From the NCBI GenBank assembly GCA_050251055.1, contig JBFWNL010000002.1, positions 32,001 through 96,000 on the forward strand: 64,000 bases of DNA, written 5' to 3'. How positions within the stretch are numbered: position 1 is the stretch's first letter; each line of letters begins with the position of its first letter. The notes below the pieces were generated by a model. The model was not told the DNA's origin. It did not search any database and worked only from the letters and a program-made list of their open reading frames with translations. Positions 21,143-30,804 of this stretch are shown piece by piece. The position numbers and the translations under genes were made by a program. This stretch comes from Bacteriovoracia bacterium (GTDB lineage Bacteria > Bdellovibrionota > UBA1018 > JBFWNL01).

Positions 21143-21817
21143 ATGAAGGCGGCCTATAAAAAACAAAATTTATTTTTTGCGATCGCGATCGCGCTGGTGA
21201 TTTCCGGCTGCGGCGGCAGCAAGTTCAACGACGACGACGACACCACGATCAGCCAACAGCAACAACCGGCACCCACGCCGACGCCGACCCCTTCGCCAAC
21301 GGAAACCGGTTTGCCTCCAATAAACATGACTGCCGAACTCAGCGGGCCAGGCACCCCACCTCCCGGATATTTCAACGATCCCGTCTGGCAAACGCAAGAC
21401 CCAATTGTCACCGACAGCCTTTTTCGTGTGACAATCGAAGCTTACTCCGACGTCGATTTGATCAATACGATCGGTGGTGGCAACCCCAACAACTTCAACT
21501 GGAACTTGAGCTGTGCTCAGTACACGGTAACTGTGAATGGTCACTCCATTCAGACCGTTAAGTTGCGTCCGAGCAACATGCCTAGCTACTCTGCCCCTTG
21601 GTGCGCCAACTCTCCAGCTTCGCAAACAATCGACTTTTCGGGTGACGTCGCCGGGACCGGCCAACAGGGCGTTCACATCACGCTAAACAACGCTAAAAAC
21701 AACTGGTCTTGCCAGTATGGCTATAATTGCAGCGGAGATATGCCGCAGGCCTATTGGAATCACCTGATGCGCGTGCGGGTGTGCGTCCAGACGAACGGCC
21801 GACGTTCCTGCAACTAA
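21143..21817 (+). CDS. Six-Cys lipoprotein, paralog B (PT-rich linker)
   Basis: Lipobox ISGC; shares TETGLPPIN, TIGGGNPNNFNWNL, AYWNH and CVQTNGRR with 20031..20720. Confidence 0.85.
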   Translation: MKAAYKKQNLFFAIAIALVISGCGGSKFNDDDDTTISQQQQPAPTPTPTPSPTETGLPPINMTAELSGPGTPPPGYFNDPVWQTQDPIVTDSLFRVTIEAYSDVDLINTIGGGNPNNFNWNLSCAQYTVTVNGHSIQTVKLRPSNMPSYSAPWCANSPASQTIDFSGDVAGTGQQGVHITLNNAKNNWSCQYGYNCSGDMPQAYWNHLMRVRVCVQTNGRRSCN

Positions 21818-21828
21818 CCAACGCTCGG

Positions 21829-22848
21829 CTAGCAGCCGCTTTGCGCGAGCTGCAAAACCACCGTCCCGATTTGTTCCATCTGCTTTTCAGGGAAGGTCGA
21901 TTCCTGCACGGTGGCGATCTTCTTCCAAAAACGTGGCCAATCTTTGCCGCAAGCCTTGAAGAGTTGCCCGAACTCGGCCATACCCACGCCATAGGTGCGA
22001 AATTGGATCAAGGTCGCGTTGTTGATATCGCGCGACCACCCAGTCGCCTGCTTGAGATTCGCTAGAATTTCGGCCTTTTTTGCGGTTTTTTCGCCTTCCG
22101 TTTGGGCAGAGCGGTAGAGAGTGTCGAGCTCAGCGTACGCCTGGGCAAAGCGTTGTTTGCGACCCTCCCAGTCCCGCTCCTTGGCGAGGTACTCCGCGGT
22201 GACCGGCGCGTCTTTGCCATGCTTCAAGCCCAGGTAGACGGGCGTGATCTCGTCGGCGACAAAGCTCGCCAGACTTTCGTTGAAGTAGCTTTGGCCGCTC
22301 ACGTAGAGCGTCGCATGCACCGACTCGTGCAGCACCACGTTCACCAGGCCCCCCAGGGCCTCTTGACCCGGCGGAATCATGCTCGAGAGCACGGGGTCGC
22401 GGAAGTAACCGATCGTCGAAAACGCCGATGCCCCGCGCAGGTCCACATCCCATCCCTCTTCGGCAAGCTCCTTCGCCAAACCCCGTGCGCCATCTTCGTC
22501 AAACCAACCCAGATAAGTGAAGCTTCCCACGATGGGAAAGCTCCAGGTGCGCGGTTTGAAGGCGAGCTTCTCGCTCGCGCTCACGACATACACGATGTAG
22601 GGCCGGTCGATCTTCACGTACTCGGTGTAGTTGGAGGTGGGCTTCAGCCCATATTCTTCGCCAAAGGCCTTGATCTGCGGGATTTCCCCCAAGAGCTCCT
22701 TGATCCGCGGGGGCGTGCGCTCGTCTTTGATCACGTCCGGGATCGGCCGCGCACGGTTCACGATCATGAGCTGGCCTTTCGTAGCCTGCCAGATATAGCC
22801 GACCGTGCTGCATCCGCTCGCGGCAAGTTGGAGCGCAAGCCCCGCCAC
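21829..22848 (-). CDS. Putative zinc aminopeptidase lipoprotein
   Basis: ASGC lipobox, WSFPIVGSFTYLGWF, AFSTIGYFRDP, HESVH zinc motif, FNESLA. Confidence 0.82.
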   Translation of the reverse strand: MAGLALQLAASGCSTVGYIWQATKGQLMIVNRARPIPDVIKDERTPPRIKELLGEIPQIKAFGEEYGLKPTSNYTEYVKIDRPYIVYVVSASEKLAFKPRTWSFPIVGSFTYLGWFDEDGARGLAKELAEEGWDVDLRGASAFSTIGYFRDPVLSSMIPPGQEALGGLVNVVLHESVHATLYVSGQSYFNESLASFVADEITPVYLGLKHGKDAPVTAEYLAKERDWEGRKQRFAQAYAELDTLYRSAQTEGEKTAKKAEILANLKQATGWSRDINNATLIQFRTYGVGMAEFGQLFKACGKDWPRFWKKIATVQESTFPEKQMEQIGTVVLQLAQSGC

Positions 22849-22891
22849 GATCCACCTACCCCGACCTCGCCCTACCCGACTACCCGTTGCC

Positions 22892-23449
22892 TTAAAAATA
22901 GAACGATGCCCCGAAATCCACCGCGATGTTGTCCTTCCAAGTCGAGATCGAACCGCCGGAGAGGTAGCTCGTTACTTCGGTCTTGAAGCCTAGGTTCTGC
23001 TGAAAATAAACACGGAAACCCATGCCGAGCACTACTGTCACCGAATCCACCTGAAGCGGCGGGGAATAAAGCCCACCGTAGTTGCCGGTAGCATCGCGGT
23101 TCAGCTGGCCGACGCCGGCCTTCACGTAAGGCTGGAAAATCGTCTGCCTGCCCAACAGCTCCTGGATCCAGTTCACGCTCATTACCGTGTCATGGAAGTT
23201 AGTATCCTGCGAATTCGTGATGAACGTGCGCTCGAAGGAATCCTGAAAAGAAAACTCCACGCCGGAGCGCTCGGTGAAATGATAGCCCACTGACGCTCCC
23301 CAGCGGCGGGTCCAGCTGTAGCTCGTTTCCGAATAATGACTATGCCGGTAGGAGAAAAGCATCGAGAGTTCGAACATGCCGGCCTGGGCCGGGACGGCCG
23401 CTCCGAAGTGAGCCGCCGCGATCGCGATGACGATGTAGATACGCTTCAT
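22892..23449 (-). CDS. Outer-membrane beta-barrel protein (OmpA/OmpW-like)
   Basis: Signal peptide, QPYVKAGVG, alternating strands, C-terminal SFYF. Confidence 0.8.
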   Translation of the reverse strand: MKRIYIVIAIAAAHFGAAVPAQAGMFELSMLFSYRHSHYSETSYSWTRRWGASVGYHFTERSGVEFSFQDSFERTFITNSQDTNFHDTVMSVNWIQELLGRQTIFQPYVKAGVGQLNRDATGNYGGLYSPPLQVDSVTVVLGMGFRVYFQQNLGFKTEVTSYLSGGSISTWKDNIAVDFGASFYF

Positions 23450-23493
23450 ACCTGCCCCTTTCCTTGGGACCACTGCTTAATCCAGCCTGGCAA

Positions 23494-24582
23494 CTAGTCG
23501 GCGCGGATGTCCGAGAGCTCCTTGATGAGGCGCACTCGCTCCTGATCCAATTCCCGTTGCTTGCGCTGGTCGATGGCGGCGCCCGGATCCTCCACGATCA
23601 CGTCGCCGCGCTTGCCTTTGCCCACGGCGGCCGGACCCCGGCCCCCCTTGGGAAACATCAATTTTTCTCCGCTCGGGTCGCCCCCCACGAGCTTGCTCAC
23701 CCAACGCTCGCGCGCGCGCGGATCGGGCGCGCCGTTCGGGAAACGCTCGTACTTACGGACGTTGCCGGAAATCGTGGTGGCGTCCGTGGTGGCCGGCCGG
23801 CGCGTGGTGGCGGTTTCTTTCGTCAGTAAGCTTGATGCAAACTTGCGGTCCTTGCGGGCAGTTGCCGCAGTGACGATCTCCTTGAACTGATGATTGGAAA
23901 TCGGCAGTTGATGAAGCTTTTCTTTTAATGACGCCACGCTAACCGCCTGCGGGGTCGACGGGGTCACACGTTGGGTCTTGAAGTTCAGGCTCGTCGCCTC
24001 GCCCACCTTCACGGAGATCGACGAGTTCTTCTCGAATTTGTTCTCGAGTTCGGCGCTCTCACGCGTCACCACGAGCTGGGTTTCTTCCTCGGTCGGATTG
24101 AACTGCAAAAGCGCGCTCCCGCGAGCCTGGCGGAACCGGGCGTTGGCGGTCGCCACGGTGAGGACGCCGCTCCCCGGTAACACCTCCGCGAAGACCTTGC
24201 CTTTGTAAAGCACGAGCTGGTCATCGCCCGTACCCGCCTGATCGGCGCGGTCGAATATCTCGACGAAAGTGTCCTCGGCGAGCGTGAAATCAAAGCCTTG
24301 GCGATGGTGGATGCGGGCCCAACCCGTTTTCACCAGGAACCAGCCTCCGCAAGGCAGCACGGATTTCGGCGCCACCTCCACCAGATGGGTCCGCGTGGGA
24401 TCCATGACCTGGATCTCGCCTTCGAAATCGGTCAAGACTCCGCAAGGAACTTCCTTTCCGCCTTCGGCGGTCGCCGGGCGGGAAGCGTACGCGAAACTCC
24501 CGGCTCCGATCAGTGGCAACCCGAGCGCGGCCAAAGCGACGAACGCGCGGGCTTGGATTTTAATGCCCGTGACCGTGGTCAT
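23494..24582 (-). CDS. FecR-like beta-sandwich exported protein
   Basis: Signal peptide, LTDFEGEIQV, LVLYKGKVF, TANARF, ISVKVGE; start overlaps the upstream gene. Confidence 0.65.
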   Translation of the reverse strand: MTTVTGIKIQARAFVALAALGLPLIGAGSFAYASRPATAEGGKEVPCGVLTDFEGEIQVMDPTRTHLVEVAPKSVLPCGGWFLVKTGWARIHHRQGFDFTLAEDTFVEIFDRADQAGTGDDQLVLYKGKVFAEVLPGSGVLTVATANARFRQARGSALLQFNPTEEETQLVVTRESAELENKFEKNSSISVKVGEATSLNFKTQRVTPSTPQAVSVASLKEKLHQLPISNHQFKEIVTAATARKDRKFASSLLTKETATTRRPATTDATTISGNVRKYERFPNGAPDPRARERWVSKLVGGDPSGEKLMFPKGGRGPAAVGKGKRGDVIVEDPGAAIDQRKQRELDQERVRLIKELSDIRAD

Positions 24583-25720
24583 GTCCGGATCCTTCTTCCT
24601 TGGTTTCGGCGGCCCCATGCTCATCATGGTCGTCAGCGGCTTCGGCCGCGTCATTCGCTTCGGTATGCGCGTTCTCGGCGTGCTGGACGCCACCCATCGA
24701 AGCGGCCGCGCGCGAGGCGCTCGCCGGTGCGTGGTCCACCGCCGCGCCGTGCTCGGCTGCATCCGCGTCTTCCGGCTCCACCGGAATCTCTTCGGGGTCC
24801 GCTTCCGACGCGATCGAGCGCAACACCCCGCCCGAGTTCACCCAGGCGGCTTCCGTTGAATGCGGGTGGTGATCAATCAAATCTTTCAGCCAATTTTGCG
24901 CGATCGTGTGCTGGCCTAAACGCTCGGCGGTAAGCGCCCGCCACAGACGAGCGTGGGCGACATAAGACAAAGCCTTTTTTTCTTTCGGACCGGACGCAAG
25001 CGCCTTTTCAAAATACTGATCAGCGAGCTTGAAGTGACTCAGGCGATACCAAGCCACTCCGGTCATCAGGTAATACTTCGCGGTGCGGAAGCTTTCGTTC
25101 TCTTCCATGCCGGTAAGGAAGGTCAGCAGCACCGCGGCTTTTTCATCTTCCTTGGCCTTCATGTAGCTCACGGCGAGCGTAAACATCTGAGCCGGCAGCA
25201 GATGGTGCGGCGGACGATACTGGATACCGGCCAACACGCGGCCCGTCTCCGTGCCGGTTTCTTCCTTCAACTGGGTCCCGTTCTTATGGGTGCGGTCGGC
25301 GGCGGTTTTCGCCGAGCAATCAAAACGCAGGCTTTCCGCCCAGCGCTTCAAATTCATGTTCTCAACCCGAAGCCGCTCGTTTTCCGAATGCGCGCGTTTC
25401 AGCTCGTCGACTTTGTCCTGCATGGAATTCCAGGCGTCACGATAGACGGCGGTGAATTTTCCGAAACCCGCCGGAGCATGGCCGTCCCCGTGCTCGTCGC
25501 CGTGGCCCGCCGGTGCGTGGCCCGTCTTTGCATCCGCCTTCGCGTGGCCGCCGTGGGCATCGCCATGCGCGCTGGTCTTAGCGCCCTTTTTCAGGAAGAA
25601 CGCACCACCGCCTAAAGCCAGTACGGCCACCCCGGCGATGATCAGCACTTTCTTCGAAAGCGCGCCTTTGATTTTCTGGACAAGTCCTTTGCGGTCCATC
25701 TCGACCGTATAGATCGACAT
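24560..25720 (-). CDS. Membrane-anchored TPR protein with His-rich segments
   Basis: One TM helix, His-rich linker, coiled coil, TPR motifs (YYLMTGVAWY, LIDHHPHS), acidic/His-rich tail ending GHDHGHGH. Start uncertain. Confidence 0.72.
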   Translation of the reverse strand: MSIYTVEMDRKGLVQKIKGALSKKVLIIAGVAVLALGGGAFFLKKGAKTSAHGDAHGGHAKADAKTGHAPAGHGDEHGDGHAPAGFGKFTAVYRDAWNSMQDKVDELKRAHSENERLRVENMNLKRWAESLRFDCSAKTAADRTHKNGTQLKEETGTETGRVLAGIQYRPPHHLLPAQMFTLAVSYMKAKEDEKAAVLLTFLTGMEENESFRTAKYYLMTGVAWYRLSHFKLADQYFEKALASGPKEKKALSYVAHARLWRALTAERLGQHTIAQNWLKDLIDHHPHSTEAAWVNSGGVLRSIASEADPEEIPVEPEDADAAEHGAAVDHAPASASRAAASMGGVQHAENAHTEANDAAEAADDHDEHGAAETKEEGSGHDHGHGH

Positions 25721-25780
25721 TCCCGGACTTTTTCTTAATGCCGTGGCGTCATTCGGAAGGAAAAGAAAGCGCCGCCAAGC

Positions 25781-25797
25781 TGTCAAAATACTCGACA
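25781..25797. promoter_or_regulatory. Putative enhancer (bEBP upstream activating site)
   Basis: TGTCAAAATACTCGACA flanked by AGC/GCT, giving AGCTGTC-N9-GACAGCT. Confidence 0.55.
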
Positions 25798-25848
25798 GCT
25801 GCGCGGCTTATACTCCTTTTCGGCCCTCGGCCCCATTTTGCTAAGTGG

Positions 25849-25861
25849 CAAACCACTGATT
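25849..25861 (-). promoter_or_regulatory. IHF-type binding site
   Basis: AATCAGTGGTTTG matches WATCARNNNNTTR; lies between the enhancer motif and the sigma-54 promoter. Confidence 0.5.
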
Positions 25862-25897
25862 TTTAAGCTTTTTTTAAGCCAACCCCCTGTGTCACGT

Positions 25898-25913
25898 TGG
25901 CACTGGGCTTGAA
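25898..25913 (+). promoter_or_regulatory. Sigma-54 promoter (TTGA variant at -12)
   Basis: TGGCACTGGGCTTGAA upstream of the vWA lipoprotein. Confidence 0.6.
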
Positions 25914-25992
25914 ATAAGAAACCGGTAAGGCTGAGTGTATTTAACGCCTGATTAGCGAGTGTGGATCTGAAGTTATGCGTGGAGCGAGAACG

Positions 25993-27261
25993 ATGAACGA
26001 CAAGATTTTGACAAAATGGGTAGGAGCCTTGAGCTTGCTCGCTGCCTTCGCCTCCGGATGCAGCCAACAAGAGTTCGTGAAGGGCGCGTTCGTGAATGAA
26101 CAGCAGGGCCCGGGCAACTTTGAAATTCCCGCGCGCGTGGACATCCTTTTAGTGGAGGACGACACCGGCTCGATGTCGGAGGTCTTCGGCCAGATCTCCG
26201 CCCAAATGCCGCAGTTTCTGAACCAGCTCGAACAGCAGGGCTGGGATTGGCGGTTCGCCGTGATTCCCCTGACTACGAACCGCCCGATCAGCCAGATCGG
26301 CGCCTCAAAATATTCCGGAAACTGGGGCAGCTCGTGGAAGCCGCCTTACATCGGCGCCTCGCCTACCGATCCGGGCAACTTCGTGCCGAATTACTTCACC
26401 CAAAGTTTCTCGGCCTTCCTGTCATCGAGCGAAATCAACCCGTACGGGGGTGAGCCGGGCTTAAAGACGATCGACCAGATCATGACGAGCACGAACACCG
26501 TCCAGAACTTCCTGCGTCCCGACGCCTTGGCGGCGGTGGTGGTGGTCGGCAATGGAAACGACACTTCCGACGTGAAGTACTGCCAAACCCCGAACCAGCC
26601 CGGACAATCGGAGCCTTGCAACGGCGTGCTCAATACGGAACGGCTCTGCGGAACCGGCGCAGGCTGCCCCGCAGGCCCTTATTACTGTCAGCACGAGTTC
26701 GGCCACGCGGCCCCTTGCCCAGGTACGCTGACCCATACTTTAAACGCCTATAAGCAACGTTACGACGAACTGAATTCACCCAGCAATTCGAATTCAGCAG
26801 CCGTTAAGCTTTATGCCGCAGTTTCAAATATCACTGGAAACGGCTGCATCAACTCAAACTCCTATTCGATTCGGGGAGAACGCTATCAACAAATCGCCTC
26901 CCACACCGGCGGCGCCAGCTTCGACGTCTGCTCGCAAAGCATCCCGAGCGTGCTGAGCTCGCTGAGCAACGAGTTGCACAACCAGCGCATCGCGTACCGC
27001 ACGAGCTTCCTCGTGATCGCCGAAGAGCCGGTCGTCAGCTCCGTGATCGTGACGAAATATCCCGGCGGCGACCAAAATAATCCGCAAGTCATCCCGCAAG
27101 ACCCCAACAACGGATGGACTTACGTGGGCTACCGCACGGAGTACCTGATCGACTACCCGATCCAGTTAAACCAGGTTTCGGGTCACATGATCCAGCTGCA
27201 CGGATCGGCGCGTCTGATTGGCGACGATACGGCGGACGTGCAGTTCACCCCGGCGAATTAA
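25993..27261 (+). CDS. vWA-domain lipoprotein
   Basis: Lipobox ASGC, VDILLVEDDTGSM (MIDAS-like), EPGL, FLRPDALAAVVVV, Cys-rich insert. Confidence 0.78.
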   Translation: MNDKILTKWVGALSLLAAFASGCSQQEFVKGAFVNEQQGPGNFEIPARVDILLVEDDTGSMSEVFGQISAQMPQFLNQLEQQGWDWRFAVIPLTTNRPISQIGASKYSGNWGSSWKPPYIGASPTDPGNFVPNYFTQSFSAFLSSSEINPYGGEPGLKTIDQIMTSTNTVQNFLRPDALAAVVVVGNGNDTSDVKYCQTPNQPGQSEPCNGVLNTERLCGTGAGCPAGPYYCQHEFGHAAPCPGTLTHTLNAYKQRYDELNSPSNSNSAAVKLYAAVSNITGNGCINSNSYSIRGERYQQIASHTGGASFDVCSQSIPSVLSSLSNELHNQRIAYRTSFLVIAEEPVVSSVIVTKYPGGDQNNPQVIPQDPNNGWTYVGYRTEYLIDYPIQLNQVSGHMIQLHGSARLIGDDTADVQFTPAN

Positions 27262-27297
27262 AGACCTAGGGAGCTGCGGACCAAGACCACCCGCCGC

Positions 27298-28425
27298 CTA
27301 TGAATTGTAAATTTTGTGCGGGCTATGCTCGCCCACCCACTGGCGTAGCTCGCATTCCGCGCGTCCGTCTCGGATGTGCACGAGCGCAAACGTACGGCGA
27401 TATTGCTGGCCCAAGCCGCGCCAATCGAGATCGATCATCTTCGTCCACGTACCCGTATTGATGTACTGCTTGCCGTCCGGATAAATTTTATCCATCGGCC
27501 GGTGGGTGTGCCCCATGATGAGCGTCTTGAGATTCTTTTGGTCGTCGAGGATCTTGCGGGCCGCGCGCTCGAGGTCTTGGAAAAAAGTCGCCTCGTCGCG
27601 CACGACCTCGAAAAAACGACGCACGCTGAACCGCCGGAGCTCGTGCCAGGAGAATCGCGTCTTCAGGAAATAAAGCGTGGAAAGAAACGTGAACCGCAGC
27701 GTGAACCACGTATCGAACAGCAGTCCCACGACGACGAATACTTTGATGGGCCGGATCTTGTCGAGGTATTCGCGCTCCCACTTCATGCGATTGATGATCT
27801 TGAGCACGTAGATGCTACCCCAGGGGAGGTTCAGTAGCTTCTCCCCGCGCGGGGAAATGACGAAGGGATTTTCGAAATCGATTTCGTTGCCCGCCTCGAG
27901 CTGGTTGCCGTGGCGGATCTCGACGCCTTCGGGATAAGTGAGGCGATCGGTGTCGGCCACTACCCGCACCTTCTCGCTGGGGTACTGGCCCTCCGGATCC
28001 CATTCGCGCACGATGCGCTCGCGCACCTTCTCGAAGCAGAGATCGGCGTCATGGTTTCCGATCAGATAGGTGATCCGCTTGTTAGGCTTGGCCGCGAACC
28101 GGCGTAGGCTTGCCATTACCTTGGGATGCCCTTTAATGATGGCATCCACCTTATAAAGGGCGATTTCTTCGCTCACCGCGTCCTCGAATTCGCCATGATA
28201 AGGGACATTCAGGAAGTCGAAGTAATCGCCGTCAATGACCAGCTCGACGTCCACGGGGCCGTTGGGGCCGACGCCGTAATCCCCCGTCGAGAAAAACTCG
28301 AAAAGATCGCACATGTCATCGTCGAAATAGAAGTCTTCGTGGGGATTGAGGTGACCTTCGAAGAAGCGCCCCGCCGAGAGATGGCAATCGCTGATGACGA
28401 ATTTGACCTTGTCTGCGGTTTTCAT
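27298..28425 (-). CDS. Calcineurin-like metallophosphoesterase
   Basis: ISDCHL, DGDYFD, IGNHD, RHGN, MGHTH. Confidence 0.88.
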   Translation of the reverse strand: MKTADKVKFVISDCHLSAGRFFEGHLNPHEDFYFDDDMCDLFEFFSTGDYGVGPNGPVDVELVIDGDYFDFLNVPYHGEFEDAVSEEIALYKVDAIIKGHPKVMASLRRFAAKPNKRITYLIGNHDADLCFEKVRERIVREWDPEGQYPSEKVRVVADTDRLTYPEGVEIRHGNQLEAGNEIDFENPFVISPRGEKLLNLPWGSIYVLKIINRMKWEREYLDKIRPIKVFVVVGLLFDTWFTLRFTFLSTLYFLKTRFSWHELRRFSVRRFFEVVRDEATFFQDLERAARKILDDQKNLKTLIMGHTHRPMDKIYPDGKQYINTGTWTKMIDLDWRGLGQQYRRTFALVHIRDGRAECELRQWVGEHSPHKIYNS

Positions 28426-28453
28426 AGCCCCCGAATTGCCTTAAGATAAACCC

Positions 28454-29785
28454 ATGCTTCCCGTTCGGATTCCCGTCGCATCGCTCGTACCGATCACCCT
28501 GCTCGCCCTAGCCTGGGGACACCTTTCGACCCATCCCGCGGCCGCGGCCAGCCCGACGGCCATCCGTTTTTTTGTCTCCACCAACGCCTACGGCATGACT
28601 TACGACCGTGAGCTCGACGGGATCATTCAAGAATATAATAACCTACGACCGGAAACCAGGGTTGAGCTGGTGAGAAAGGGTACCGAGTTTTCCTCCGCCA
28701 AAGAATTGATTGCAGAAGCCTATACGGGCGCGGCTCCGGACTTAGCCCTGATCGAGCCGGCCGAAACGGCCGCCCTTTCCGCGGCCAAGCTCGCCGCGGG
28801 CGCGCCGGATTCCCCTACCGGGAGCCCCGCCGAACGGCCGAATAGCGCGAAGTTTTTCTCTCAGCTAAGCAGGCTCGTGGGGAAAGGGGAACCCCAGCTG
28901 CATCTCCCACATACCTGGATCACTCTCCCCTTCTTCCGCACCTACGCCGTACTAGTGGCCAATCAGGAACTCCTCTTCCGCCATTACTTCGATCCGCATA
29001 AACTGCCCGCGCGCCCCGAAGATCTGGAGCGAGCCGGCCAGTCGCTCGGAAATGCCCTGCCCGCGAACGACTCATCTTTCGCCTTGGCGATTCCATTCAA
29101 GGGACCGCGCGCACTTTGGTTTTTCGAGGCCTACGCGGGATTGCCCCTGTGGACCCGCACCGACGGCGGACTCCGCGCCAACCGCGAACTGATGCCGGCG
29201 CTCATGCGGCTGCGCAAACTCGCAGAGAGCAAACACGCGCTCAACGCCCGGCTGGACCTGGAACAAACACTCGACGCCTTCATCGGTAAACGCGCCGTGA
29301 TGGCCGTCCTTTCGACCGATCTACTGCCTTATCTCGCCTCGCGCGCTGACTTCCGTTGGACGGCCGTGCCGCTTCCCACGCCTAAGGCACGCGTGGCAAG
29401 CGGTTCGGATCTCGTCGTGCTGCGGGCGTCTCCCGCCATCGCGAATTTCCTTACCTATCTTTACTCGCCGAGGATCGCGGCTCGGCTGGCGGCGGCGGGA
29501 GGAGTCCTCCCGGCGAGCGGGGGTTGGTCGCAAACCCCGGAGTGGGCCAACGCCGTCGGGGCGCTTCCCCGGCGTGCCGAAGCCTGGCCCAAGCTCGTAA
29601 AAGCCTTTGCCGCCAAGGGTGGGGAAAAAGATCGGAGCGCCGACACCGAGGTCATCCGCGCGCGCTCTCACTGGGGCCAGATGCTCGAAGGACTGTTCGG
29701 AGCGGAAATAGCCAAGGACCCCAACTCCCTGGAAAAGGCCTTCACGGCTTGGGATGGGTTGGTCGCCCGAGGCAGCGGCCCATAG
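28454..29785 (+). CDS. Extracellular solute-binding protein (ABC family 1-like, divergent)
   Basis: Signal peptide, IQEYN..RPETRVELV, APDLA, TLPFFRTYAVLVANQEL, FLTYLYSP. Confidence 0.62.
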   Translation: MLPVRIPVASLVPITLLALAWGHLSTHPAAAASPTAIRFFVSTNAYGMTYDRELDGIIQEYNNLRPETRVELVRKGTEFSSAKELIAEAYTGAAPDLALIEPAETAALSAAKLAAGAPDSPTGSPAERPNSAKFFSQLSRLVGKGEPQLHLPHTWITLPFFRTYAVLVANQELLFRHYFDPHKLPARPEDLERAGQSLGNALPANDSSFALAIPFKGPRALWFFEAYAGLPLWTRTDGGLRANRELMPALMRLRKLAESKHALNARLDLEQTLDAFIGKRAVMAVLSTDLLPYLASRADFRWTAVPLPTPKARVASGSDLVVLRASPAIANFLTYLYSPRIAARLAAAGGVLPASGGWSQTPEWANAVGALPRRAEAWPKLVKAFAAKGGEKDRSADTEVIRARSHWGQMLEGLFGAEIAKDPNSLEKAFTAWDGLVARGSGP

Positions 29786-29828
29786 GGGTTGACTTTTACC
29801 CGGAGATTCCCTAAAAATCCGAGTACCT

Positions 29829-30068
29829 ATGGCAGATAAGAGCAAGAAGTGGGGCAACAACCAGGCCGGCGAGTTTTATGTCGACGACCAGTGCATCGAC
29901 TGCGATGCCTGTCGGACCGAAGCCCCCAACAACTTCACCCGTGACGACGAGCATGGGTACTCTTACGTCTACAAACAACCCGAGACCGAAGACGAAAAGC
30001 ATCAGTGCCAGGCGGCACTGGAAGCCTGCCCGGTGGAAGCCATCGGCAAAGACGGCGCCCAGTCGTAA
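29829..30068 (+). CDS. Single-cluster ferredoxin
   Basis: CIDCDAC and ACPVEAI. Confidence 0.9.
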   Translation: MADKSKKWGNNQAGEFYVDDQCIDCDACRTEAPNNFTRDDEHGYSYVYKQPETEDEKHQCQAALEACPVEAIGKDGAQS

Positions 30069-30183
30069 TTAACAACAAAATCATATAGTTACATAAAATA
30101 AAATTCATCTCGTTTTTTTGACTATTTTTGTCAACACATGCTATATATCTCGGCGCATCGAAACTGTGATAAAGGACAGCCGG

Positions 30184-30795
30184 ATGAAGCTTTCGAGCAT
30201 GCATAGCCTGGTCGCCCTCGTGGTGAGTTTCAGCGGAGTGGGAGTCGCGGCTGCGGCGCCGACGCCTACCGAGTCGCCTACCCTCAACAAGGCCGCGGCC
30301 CCGCTTTCGACGGGCGGCATCGCCAAGGCGCAAATCAAGCAAATCATCCGTCCCGTCGTGAACTGCAACGTGAACGTCGGCCAGGTCTATTCTTACGACA
30401 ACGGCCTGGAAGACAGCGGCCGCGTGTTTCCCCTGGATTTATCCATCCCGAAGCACCTGAAAGAAAAAACCAAGAACGTGCTGACCACGCAGCACCTGGA
30501 AAACGACGTCGCCGTGCAGGTCGAAGTCACGCTTGATCACCCCGAAATCAAGAACGTGCTGGGCAAGTCCGTGACCGATCAGCTCACCGGCATTGGCAAC
30601 ATCGTGATCCGCCGCCGCAACCCGCAAAACGACAAGTACGAAGACAAGGCGAAGATCACGAACCGTATCTCGAACGAAACCTTGCTCCACCTGGACGCCA
30701 GCGTGGGCCCGGCTACTAACGGCGAATACCGCAAGGCTACGGTAAGCTGCTACCTTTCGCCGTCCGAACGCACCGTCACCCCGTCCGACGAATAA
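30184..30795 (+). CDS. Secreted hypothetical protein
   Basis: Signal peptide, strong C/G-ending codon bias, two Cys. Confidence 0.7.
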   Translation: MKLSSMHSLVALVVSFSGVGVAAAAPTPTESPTLNKAAAPLSTGGIAKAQIKQIIRPVVNCNVNVGQVYSYDNGLEDSGRVFPLDLSIPKHLKEKTKNVLTTQHLENDVAVQVEVTLDHPEIKNVLGKSVTDQLTGIGNIVIRRRNPQNDKYEDKAKITNRISNETLLHLDASVGPATNGEYRKATVSCYLSPSERTVTPSDE

Positions 30796-30804
30796 ATTTT
30801 CCGA

